Below, piece by piece: positions 25,746-33,315 of a stretch of 64,000 nucleotides of DNA (positions are counted from its first letter, which is position 1; each line of letters begins with the position of its first letter). Origin of the DNA: Ilumatobacteraceae bacterium (GTDB lineage: Bacteria; Actinomycetota; Acidimicrobiia; Acidimicrobiales; Ilumatobacteraceae); contig JAULYE010000010.1 of NCBI GenBank assembly GCA_032118015.1, forward strand, positions 5,113 to 69,112, given 5' to 3'. The position numbers and the translations under genes were made by a program. Under the pieces are notes generated by a model. It was given only the letters and a program-made list of their open reading frames with translations, was not told where the DNA came from and did not search any database.

Positions 25746-26699
25746 ATGAGTTTTCGTCTTCGTGCAGGTACTGCGGCATCCACGGTCGTGTTGGTGGCTG
25801 CCGCCGCTCTGGCACAGGCTGCCCCAGCTGGTGCCATCGGCGCGGTCTTCGGACTCGACTACTACATCAGCGCGCCATTGGTCCAAGGAACACACGTATC
25901 AGGCGGAGTTAAGGAAAATTTCAACTCCTTGGTATCGTGCAGCGGCTCGATCGGAACGGGCAGTGCAATTGCGGTTTCCGGAGATTGCGTGCTGGAGAGT
26001 TCTGCGAATCAATTCGGTGGGGCCGTAACGGACAGCGCGACCCCAACGGCTGGAGGCAGCGGTTCAGCTTTCCCAATTGCTGACAATGATCCAGGAACCA
26101 CCTTCACTCTTTCTGGACCGCAGTGTTATCTCGGCTTTTACTGGACTGCCGGCTCGGGTGGCAACACCGTTGAGTTCTTCAGTGACGGGGAACTGGTTCT
26201 CTCTTTCAACAGTGATCAAATTATTGCAATCCTCAATCCAAGTGAAGTAGCAACACTCGTGTCAGTAGGTGGCACGACGTATCAGAAGGCACTTTGGTAC
26301 GGCAATCCCCGCGGTCACTCGGATATCGATTCCAATGGAATACCCGACGGAACCTCAACCCTCAACGATGGCGAGCCTTATGTCTACCTCAACGTTTATG
26401 GTAAGGGTGGTTTGACGTTCAACTCGGTTCGGTTCTCTGGCCCCAACTTCGAATTCGACAATCTTGCGTTCTCTTCTTCGTGCGAGACGCCCCCGAGTTC
26501 GAGTGTCTATCTTGGCTACGTTGGAGAAGGCGAACCTGAGTCGCCGAACTTGCGGATTAATCCAGACTACCTCACACGAACGACCGAGGAACTTCCGAAC
26601 ACCGGGGCCTCATCAAATACTCTTAACTGGGTCGCTTTGGCCCTCGCCGGAGGAGGCATTTCTCTCCTAAGGATTCGACGAAGACTTGCCGAGTACTGA
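25746..26699 (+). CDS. LPNTG cell-wall-anchored surface protein, family B member 3
   Basis: Signal peptide MSFRLRAGTAASTVVLVAAAALAQAAPAGA. Blocks: GLDYYISAPLVQGTHV, CYLGFYWTAGSGGN, WYGNPRG, EPYVYLN, FEFDNLAFS. The C-terminus is EELPNTGASSNTLNWVALALAGGGISLLRIRRRL. Confidence 0.8.
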   Translation: MSFRLRAGTAASTVVLVAAAALAQAAPAGAIGAVFGLDYYISAPLVQGTHVSGGVKENFNSLVSCSGSIGTGSAIAVSGDCVLESSANQFGGAVTDSATPTAGGSGSAFPIADNDPGTTFTLSGPQCYLGFYWTAGSGGNTVEFFSDGELVLSFNSDQIIAILNPSEVATLVSVGGTTYQKALWYGNPRGHSDIDSNGIPDGTSTLNDGEPYVYLNVYGKGGLTFNSVRFSGPNFEFDNLAFSSSCETPPSSSVYLGYVGEGEPESPNLRINPDYLTRTTEELPNTGASSNTLNWVALALAGGGISLLRIRRRLAEY

Positions 26700-26710
26700 T
26701 CTTTAGAACT

Positions 26711-26788
26711 TCCAACGGCGTGATCCACGTGATCAGCTCGGTCATGGTTCCGTCTGATGTGGATGTGGCTGCTCTTCTTGCTGGCTGA
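26711..26788 (+). pseudogene. Orphan fasciclin 3' fragment ([25 protein letters not shown]-stop)
   Basis: Matches the last 25 codons of the fasciclin genes. It is followed by hairpin B copy 2. Confidence 0.8.
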
Positions 26789-26816
26789 TTCCAGAAGAAG
26801 ATCGAAATCCTCTAAA

Positions 26817-26850
26817 AGTGGGGGTGAGGCTTGCGGGCTTCACCCCCACT
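26817..26850 (+). terminator. Terminator hairpin, variant B copy 2
   Basis: Identical to 24866-24899. Confidence 0.7.
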
Positions 26851-26895
26851 GCATTTTCTGAAGACGGCGCCCGAATTGACTGTCAGACTGTCGCC

Positions 26896-27387
26896 ATGAG
26901 CGTCGTGATTCGAGATTTACTGTCGACCGATATCAGCCCCGCTGTGCGGCTGTTGGAAGAGTGTCGATCCCTACCTGATACGAAACCGGCCGATTTCGCC
27001 CAATTCGTGAGCGATGTGTCATCTGGTGCTCCAGGTGTCGTCGCGGTCGACGCGGCCTAGCGCCACAAAGGAATCGGCTCGGCGATGCTGCAGCGTCTGG
27101 AAGAAAAGTTGATGCATCTGGGTGTACGGAAAATCTCTGCTTTGCTGTCGAATTCCCAAGCAGGAGAAACCGCTTTGGTGAATCGTGGTTTCACCTCCAC
27201 TCACGATCTCGTGCTGTACGAGAAGTTCGAGCCCATTGCTCCGACTGCGATGCGTATCGTCGATCAATATGGTGGCGAGATTCTGTCGGCCGATCTGTGG
27301 GATCGGGTAGCTGGCATGCACGAAGAAAAGAGAATCATCGACGGGCGTGTCGTAGCGCCACTCGCCGACCCGAACAAAGCAGAATAA
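26896..27387 (+). pseudogene. Decayed GNAT/linker half of a second GNAT-AAA+ gene
   Basis: MSVVIRDLLSTDISPAVRLLEEC... parallels copy 1. It has a ~26-codon deletion, an in-frame TAG (27058-27060) before RHKGIGSAMLQRLEEKL, and an in-frame TAA (27385-27387) where copy 1 has Lys. Confidence 0.75.
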
Positions 27388-27393
27388 GTCGGT

Positions 27394-28089
27394 GTGAAGG
27401 CCCCGGCGACGGTGCTGCTCTTTGGCCCTCCAGGAGCCGGGAAGACGACCTTCGCCAAAGCAATAGCCGGCCGTCTGGGATGGCCGTTCATCGAGTTGCT
27501 GCCGTCCAAATTGGAGAGCGGAAGTGATTCGATGTCTTCGGAGTTGCGCACGGCAATGAACGACTTGTTGCAACTGGATCGTGCTGTCGTCTTCATCGAC
27601 GAGTTCGACGAAATCGCATCGGCCAGAGAACGCAACCCCACGACCAAAGGAGTGGTCAACGAATTGCTGAAGATGATTCCGGCGTATCGATCTGCGCCGG
27701 GACATCTCTTGGTGTGCGCCACGAATTTCGTCGGCGAAATCGACTCGGCTGTGTTGCGTCCGGGCAGATTTGACTTGGTGATTCCGATCGGTCCGCCCGA
27801 TCTGACAGCCCGGATTGCTCTGTGGGAAGCAGCGCTCTCACGCCTCGATCAACGCGGAGTCGACATCGACAATCTGGCGAGGAACACCGAGGGTTACACA
27901 CCTGGTGACGTCGAGCTGGCTGCCCAACGAGCAGCAGCTGCCGCATTCGATCGGATTCGCGAAGGGGCAGGACCCTCTTACGTCTCAGCTGACGACCTCG
28001 ACAGGGCGATCGGGCGCACCCGGGCATCGGTCACCAGTGACATTCGCCAGCGGTTCGCCGACGAAGCAGATCGCTTCGCCCGCGTCTAG
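27394..28089 (+). CDS. AAA+ ATPase module of the second copy (possibly still expressed from GTG 27394)
   Basis: Intact Walker A (GPPGAGKTT), Walker B (VVFIDEFDE) and RPGRFD. Most differences from copy 1 appear to be synonymous (by eye). Confidence 0.55.
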   Translation: MKAPATVLLFGPPGAGKTTFAKAIAGRLGWPFIELLPSKLESGSDSMSSELRTAMNDLLQLDRAVVFIDEFDEIASARERNPTTKGVVNELLKMIPAYRSAPGHLLVCATNFVGEIDSAVLRPGRFDLVIPIGPPDLTARIALWEAALSRLDQRGVDIDNLARNTEGYTPGDVELAAQRAAAAAFDRIREGAGPSYVSADDLDRAIGRTRASVTSDIRQRFADEADRFARV

Positions 28090-28193
28090 ACCTCTGAAAC
28101 CAGTGCTTCGGGCAATGGGGAGCCTCTTGTAACCTTGCCGATGGACGTGCCTCATGTGTTTGTGGATTCCGCACCACATTGCGCACCATCCCC

Positions 28194-28266
28194 GCCTCCG
28201 TAGCTCAGTGGATAGAGCAACGGTTTCCTAAACCGCAGGTCGCAAGTTCGATTCTTGCCGGGGGCG
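28194..28266 (+). tRNA. tRNA-Arg (anticodon CCU)
   Basis: GCCTCCG-TA-GCTC-AGTGGATA-GAGC-A-ACGGT-TTCCTAA-ACCGC-AGGTC-GCAAG-TTCGATT-CTTGC-CGGGGGC-G. Cloverleaf with T33, anticodon CCT and A37. CCA is not encoded. Confidence 0.85.
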
Positions 28267-28576
28267 CCGCAGAACACCTTGATACCGCAGGTTTTCTTGG
28301 ATGCGCCATCTCGTGCTGACATCAGTTGTCTGCCGAGTTCTGTATCCATTTCTAGATGAGCCGTGGATGATCATCTACCTCACGTCATGGAGGCAGCTCA
28401 CCTTCTCGCGCCAGCAAACTTCATGCATGTGATTTGAAATTGCGAACGACCACACCGGAATGATTGGTGACATCTGTATGTGGTATTGAAGAGTTCCGAC
28501 GGTAGACCAGTAAGTGGCAACTGTTAGGTGGGTGGTTCTGGCGGATCACGCAGTATTGAGGTGGGAGCACCCTTTC

Positions 28577-31500
28577 ATGTTTATTTGGCTATTGGGGCAA
28601 AGAGGTTCTGGGCATAGGTCGATCATCGTGGGAGCGCCTGCGCGATTGCTTGCCGTCGTGCTCTTGGGCGTTGCGCTGATCCAGGTCTTTGCAAGCGACG
28701 AAGTTGCAGGGGATACGCACTGCGATCTCACCGTTGGTGAGATCGTTGACGTGGACAGCCCCGTACTCGACACCATTCAAAAAGCGATCGATGCAGCTCA
28801 GCCCGGTAACACCGTGTGCATTCCTGCGGGCTCGTATACCGAGAACATCGTCGTCGCAAAGCAGATCACTCTCACAGGAAGCGAAATAGCGGATGATCCA
28901 ACGACAATCAATTCTGGATCTGCCGGAATACCGGTCGTCACCGTCTCAGGGACCGGTAGCCCCGAGGGTGGTCGTCTCGAAATCAGTCACGTGACAGTCA
29001 CTGGCGCACTGGGTACGACGAATATTGGCGCTGGAATTCTCGTCAGTTCGCCTTCAGATCAGACGGGGCTGTCGTTCACCTCTGTGACTTCGACTGGCAA
29101 CGAAGGTGCGGGTATTGCCTTCAATGGCACGCCGTCCATATCTGATGTCGTGATGGACGACGTCACTTCATCCCTAAATGGCGAAGCGGGGATTCGCATC
29201 GCGTCTTCAATTTTGTCCTTCAATGGCCTGACCGTGAACAACTCCACCATCTCCTCAAACGGACACAATGGATTCAGCTTCAACCCGAGTGGATCCAACG
29301 TCGTGGGGACGAATTTCACGTTCACGGACAGCACATTTGAACTGAACAACACCAAGGGAGTGGTCAACTCTCATGATTTGTCGTTCTTCGGCTTCAATGG
29401 AAATGCCACACTCGACACAGTCTCTGTCACTACGGCGAGCGGGACTCCTGCGCATGGCGGATATGGAGTTGTCTTCCTCGGCAAGACTCCCTTCACTGCA
29501 GCAGGCAGTATCCGTCTCGAGAACGTCACCGTAAACGGGGCAGTAGGAAAGGGAGCACTCACATTTCAGCGATACACGGACCTTGCGTCCGTCGTGATGG
29601 TTGACGTGGATGTATCGGGAACCGTGGCCCCTTGGGGCCAGGTGATCGTCGATCACACTGGAGTGACTCCTCTCGACCTCGGCACTACCACAACGAAGAG
29701 CATCGTTCTCTGGAAAAGCGGAGGTGTCGACGCGACCGAAGTCAATCTCCTGACTGCAGCTGGAACCCCGCTCAATCGAAGCTCGCTCGCCGATGGATTC
29801 GATGCCGAAGATCAGATCGGTCACGCTGTTGACTTGGTGGGGCTCGGATTGGTGCGTTGGAAAGAGTCAACCCTCTTCGTCACACCATCGAGCTTCGCCG
29901 CTCCCTCGTCGACATCAGCCAGTATTCAACGCGCGATCAACATCTCAGTTGCTGGGGACACAGTGAATGTTGAAGCGGGTGTGTACCCCGAGGGAATGGT
30001 GAACCTCGACAAGGAGGGACTGACACTTCGAGGAGCTCAGTGGGGCGTTGACGCATTTACCCGAGGGCCATCTGGGATACCAGACAACGAGACGATCCTC
30101 AGTAATTCAGGCAGAATTTTCGACTTGAATGCACCGAACATAACTATTGATGGCTTCGTCTTTTCCAATCTCGGCAACAGAGCATTGGACAGCTATTCGT
30201 ACATAGACGGATTGACGATCAAAAACACCATTTTTGTCGTCACAAGTAACAGTTCTGACAGTGGTGCAATTCAATTCGGTGGTGGAAGTGGAAGCAGTGG
30301 GCCGTACACGGCGAATTATTTCACCTTCGAGCGAAATTATCTCACGGGAACAGGAAGCGGCCCTGTGCTCTACCTCGGACATCAGATGTCCGGTGGAACG
30401 ATCAAGGGCAATGTGTTCAACAGTCGGAGACTCACGTTCGGTCCATTCGGGCAGCCCGACGGTTGGGTCATCGAAGGCAACACTTTTGATGGGAATGTTG
30501 CGGGGGTTGCTTCAATAGCCCCCGGTGGAGCTTCCGGTACCTATGTCGGTTATGGGTTCAACGCTCAATTCGGTGATGCAGTATTCCGAAATAATGTCGT
30601 GTCGAAGATGTATCTCGGCATCGGCCAAATCAGCCTCGTTGATGGTCAAATTATTGGCAACACTTTCGAAGACAACTACGCGGGGGCATTCCAACTCTGG
30701 GGCGGTGAATACGAGTCCCCAGTTTCCCGTGATGTGCTCATCGCCAACAATCTCTTCTCGTACAACGGCACTGACAATACGTCGGATGATGCCGGGTTCT
30801 TATCGCAGGGATTCCGTCTTCGTCCTGGCTGTGATGTGGCTGAACCGTGCTCCGACCCAACGACCCCAAACGCGGCGTTGATTCAAGTTTTCCAAAATCG
30901 ATTCATCGATTTGAATCAAAGCGGTGGCAAGACCCAAGTTTGGGCTGTGCGTAACAATTATCCTGGCGTCGTCGACGCAGAGTTCAATTATTGGGGCTCA
31001 GATGTTGTGACTGTTCTCGAGTCGAAGGTTGGTAAGGGAAGTTCCGACGCGGGCTCGGGGGCGGGTGACGTGTTCCCATGGATTTCGTCGTACACACCTG
31101 ATCCGACCAAGGTAGGTCAGCCAGGATTCTGGCCGATTGATATCCAATCGCGCAGCTTGATCACCGCAGGAGAAGGGGATGAGTCGGTGAGTGGCGATCC
31201 CAGCCTTGGATCGCCGTCGATCTCTTTCGGCTCGGCCCTCGCTGGACCAATCTCGGTGACGTTCTCCTCCATTGTCGCGACACCCGAGACAGCCCTTCTC
31301 TTCGAAAGCCCTCCGTTCAACATGAGCACCGCTGTGCTTGTCGACATATCGATCGACGGGGATGCCGAGCCTCCCTACAAAATTTGTCTCGCACGGTCCG
31401 ACGACTTTGACACGATCTGGCACTTCGAGGATGATGCATGGGTCAACATCACTGACGCAGTTCAGGGCCCCGATGGTTTCCTCTGTGGGACTACAGGGAC

Positions 31501-31612
31501 GTTGTCCCCATTCGCAGTAGCGGAGGCTCTGCCTCCGGAACCAGAGGGACCGGGTTCGAGACCGCCATCTTTTGACTTTGAACTTCCTTTGCTGTTGCCA
31601 GACACGCGCTGA
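28577..31612 (+). CDS. Large secreted right-handed parallel beta-helix (PbH1/pectate-lyase-fold) protein, ending ...LLLPDTR-stop
   Basis: Signal-like MFIWLLGQRGSGHRSIIVGAPARLLAVVLLGVALIQVFASDE (ATG 28577; GTG 28514 is an alternative). There are many N/G/T-rich approximately 22-residue beta-helix coils (ITLTGS..., NGEAGIRIASS..., ISSNGHNGFSF...). The last codons are gac acg cgc tga. Confidence 0.7.
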   Translation: MFIWLLGQRGSGHRSIIVGAPARLLAVVLLGVALIQVFASDEVAGDTHCDLTVGEIVDVDSPVLDTIQKAIDAAQPGNTVCIPAGSYTENIVVAKQITLTGSEIADDPTTINSGSAGIPVVTVSGTGSPEGGRLEISHVTVTGALGTTNIGAGILVSSPSDQTGLSFTSVTSTGNEGAGIAFNGTPSISDVVMDDVTSSLNGEAGIRIASSILSFNGLTVNNSTISSNGHNGFSFNPSGSNVVGTNFTFTDSTFELNNTKGVVNSHDLSFFGFNGNATLDTVSVTTASGTPAHGGYGVVFLGKTPFTAAGSIRLENVTVNGAVGKGALTFQRYTDLASVVMVDVDVSGTVAPWGQVIVDHTGVTPLDLGTTTTKSIVLWKSGGVDATEVNLLTAAGTPLNRSSLADGFDAEDQIGHAVDLVGLGLVRWKESTLFVTPSSFAAPSSTSASIQRAINISVAGDTVNVEAGVYPEGMVNLDKEGLTLRGAQWGVDAFTRGPSGIPDNETILSNSGRIFDLNAPNITIDGFVFSNLGNRALDSYSYIDGLTIKNTIFVVTSNSSDSGAIQFGGGSGSSGPYTANYFTFERNYLTGTGSGPVLYLGHQMSGGTIKGNVFNSRRLTFGPFGQPDGWVIEGNTFDGNVAGVASIAPGGASGTYVGYGFNAQFGDAVFRNNVVSKMYLGIGQISLVDGQIIGNTFEDNYAGAFQLWGGEYESPVSRDVLIANNLFSYNGTDNTSDDAGFLSQGFRLRPGCDVAEPCSDPTTPNAALIQVFQNRFIDLNQSGGKTQVWAVRNNYPGVVDAEFNYWGSDVVTVLESKVGKGSSDAGSGAGDVFPWISSYTPDPTKVGQPGFWPIDIQSRSLITAGEGDESVSGDPSLGSPSISFGSALAGPISVTFSSIVATPETALLFESPPFNMSTAVLVDISIDGDAEPPYKICLARSDDFDTIWHFEDDAWVNITDAVQGPDGFLCGTTGTLSPFAVAEALPPEPEGPGSRPPSFDFELPLLLPDTR

Positions 31613-31995
31613 GAGTTCATCGCTGACGGTGGCATCGGTTGTGCCGGCGTGTGAATGGCCCTCGACCACGTCGTCAGAGAACCGAGCAGAGACACATTGC
31701 GCTTGAAGATCGAGCAGCTGTTTCACGGTCATGATGCCGTTTCCGGGTTCGAGGAGGAAACGGTCGATCAGCCGTCCTCGTGGAGTGAAACCCAGCATGA
31801 TTTGATCCGGGTCACGTCGACTATCGGTGTATTCCTGAGAATGCTTATATGGGGATGCCTATATGGTGTGAAGCGGGCCTAGGGTTTCCGGACCATTGTC
31901 AGAGTTCCTGTGATGTCTCCAGCCGGAATCGAGCGCGTTTCCTGCCCGAATCGGGCCAGCTCTCTTGCCGGAAGCACGTTGGCAGGAACTTCCAC

Positions 31996-32025
31996 TTGAC
32001 AAACCGATACCTAACCGATTAATGA
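31996..32025 (+). promoter_or_regulatory. Candidate sigma-70-type promoter (TTGACA - 18 nt - TAATGA) overlapping the direct repeat AACCGAT..AACCGAT
   Basis: TTGACA at 31996-32001 and taatga at 32020-32025. This is about 47 nt upstream of the cupin gene start, which has an aggagggg SD. Confidence 0.35.
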
Positions 32026-32071
32026 TTAAGTCCTTAGCGGTTTCGGCCGATGTCACATCAGGAGGGGTTCC

Positions 32072-32548
32072 GTGGCCAGGTTCACCAAAGAGCAGTTCGA
32101 GCTCCACACGCAGCGATTGAGCGAAAAGCCCATGGATTGGGGCACGTTTCGCAAACAGGGCGAGTACAAGCGGGAATACGACCGCCCGCACGTGCGAATG
32201 GTCGGTGGCAGTGTCACCCAAGTTCATAACGAAGAGGGATGTGTCCCGGCCGAGGGATTCACCCTGTCGCTGATGATGATGCCGCCGGGAAGCGTCGCCC
32301 CGGCTCACGCTCATGAGGTGGAAGAGGTGTTCTTTTGCCTTCAGGGTCAACTGGTCGCGTTCTGGGAGGACGAGGACGGCACTGTGCTCGAAACCACGCT
32401 CTACCCGAACGACCTCAATCACAGCCCTCCGGGGATCCTTCATGGTCTGCGCAACGATTCGCAGGCTGATGCCTTGGTCCAGGTGATCATCGGGACGGGT
32501 CGGCCACTGCCACCCACCTATATCGATCCCAAACTGGCCAACCTCTGA
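32072..32548 (+). CDS. Cupin domain protein
   Basis: PPGSVAPAHAHEVEEVFFCLQG...PPGILHGLRN is the two-motif cupin signature. Confidence 0.75.
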   Translation: MARFTKEQFELHTQRLSEKPMDWGTFRKQGEYKREYDRPHVRMVGGSVTQVHNEEGCVPAEGFTLSLMMMPPGSVAPAHAHEVEEVFFCLQGQLVAFWEDEDGTVLETTLYPNDLNHSPPGILHGLRNDSQADALVQVIIGTGRPLPPTYIDPKLANL

Positions 32549-32565
32549 GACCGGTCCGTCGTCCG

Positions 32566-33315
32566 TTGTATCTGTCCGACTTCTCATCCAATGGGATCGC
32601 CCAGCGCGTGCGTGCCGGGTCGGTGGGTGTGATCGTGCCTCTCGGTGCCACCGAACAGCATGGCCCACACCTGCCGCTCGACGTCGATTCGACCATCGCC
32701 GTCGCCGTGGCATCGGCGGTCGCAGAACGACTCGGCGCGGCGGGTCATGACTGCATGGTTGCGCCCGTTCTGCCCTTTGGTGACAGCGCACATCACGAGT
32801 CATTCGCCGGCTCTGTGTCCTTGCGGCGACAAGTTGTCGCCGATGTGTTGCACGACCTGTGTGAGTCCTTCTTGCGGACGCCATTCGCGTGGGTGGCTCT
32901 GATCACCGGACATGCAGGCAATTGCTGGGCAATGCGCGACGTCGCTTCTCGACACGCCAATGGCCGGGTCATCTCTGTGGACGACTGGCCAGCAATGCGG
33001 TCAGCCATCCATGATGTCGCTCGTACCGATCTCGGACTCGATCCTGAATACGTGGGCACACATGCCGGACATTTCGAGACCAGCATCATGTTGCACCTGC
33101 GACCCGAGTCCGTGGACATGACAGTGGCTGAGGCTGGTGCGATTGGAGATCCGAATGTTCTCGGAACCCGATTGCGTGACGAAGGGATGCGTACGGTGTC
33201 GCCCAACGGGGTCATCGGTGACCCCACCGAGGCGACAGAGGAAGCCGGAAAGAAGTACCTCGAAGCTTTGATCGGTTACAACACCGCAACGATCCGCATG
33301 TGGCTCACATCATGA
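32566..33315 (+). CDS. Creatininase-family amidohydrolase
   Basis: VIVPLGATEQHGPHLPLDVDS, PVLPFGDSAHH, TGHAGN and THAGHFETS motifs. TTG start. Confidence 0.8.
   Translation: MYLSDFSSNGIAQRVRAGSVGVIVPLGATEQHGPHLPLDVDSTIAVAVASAVAERLGAAGHDCMVAPVLPFGDSAHHESFAGSVSLRRQVVADVLHDLCESFLRTPFAWVALITGHAGNCWAMRDVASRHANGRVISVDDWPAMRSAIHDVARTDLGLDPEYVGTHAGHFETSIMLHLRPESVDMTVAEAGAIGDPNVLGTRLRDEGMRTVSPNGVIGDPTEATEEAGKKYLEALIGYNTATIRMWLTS

Noticed and set aside
28152-28349. 65-aa minus-strand ORF.
   Set aside because: It overlaps tRNA-Arg(CCU) on the opposite strand.
30998-31798. 266-aa minus-strand ORF.
   Set aside because: Most of it is antisense to the 3' end of the beta-helix gene. Only its first ~60 codons (31640-31860) are considered, as a possible recombinase remnant (see findings).
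31963-31971. Direct repeat of the tRNA-Arg 3' end as an island attR.
   Set aside because: Only a 9-nt match (tcttgccgg) is present, which is too short to be meaningful.
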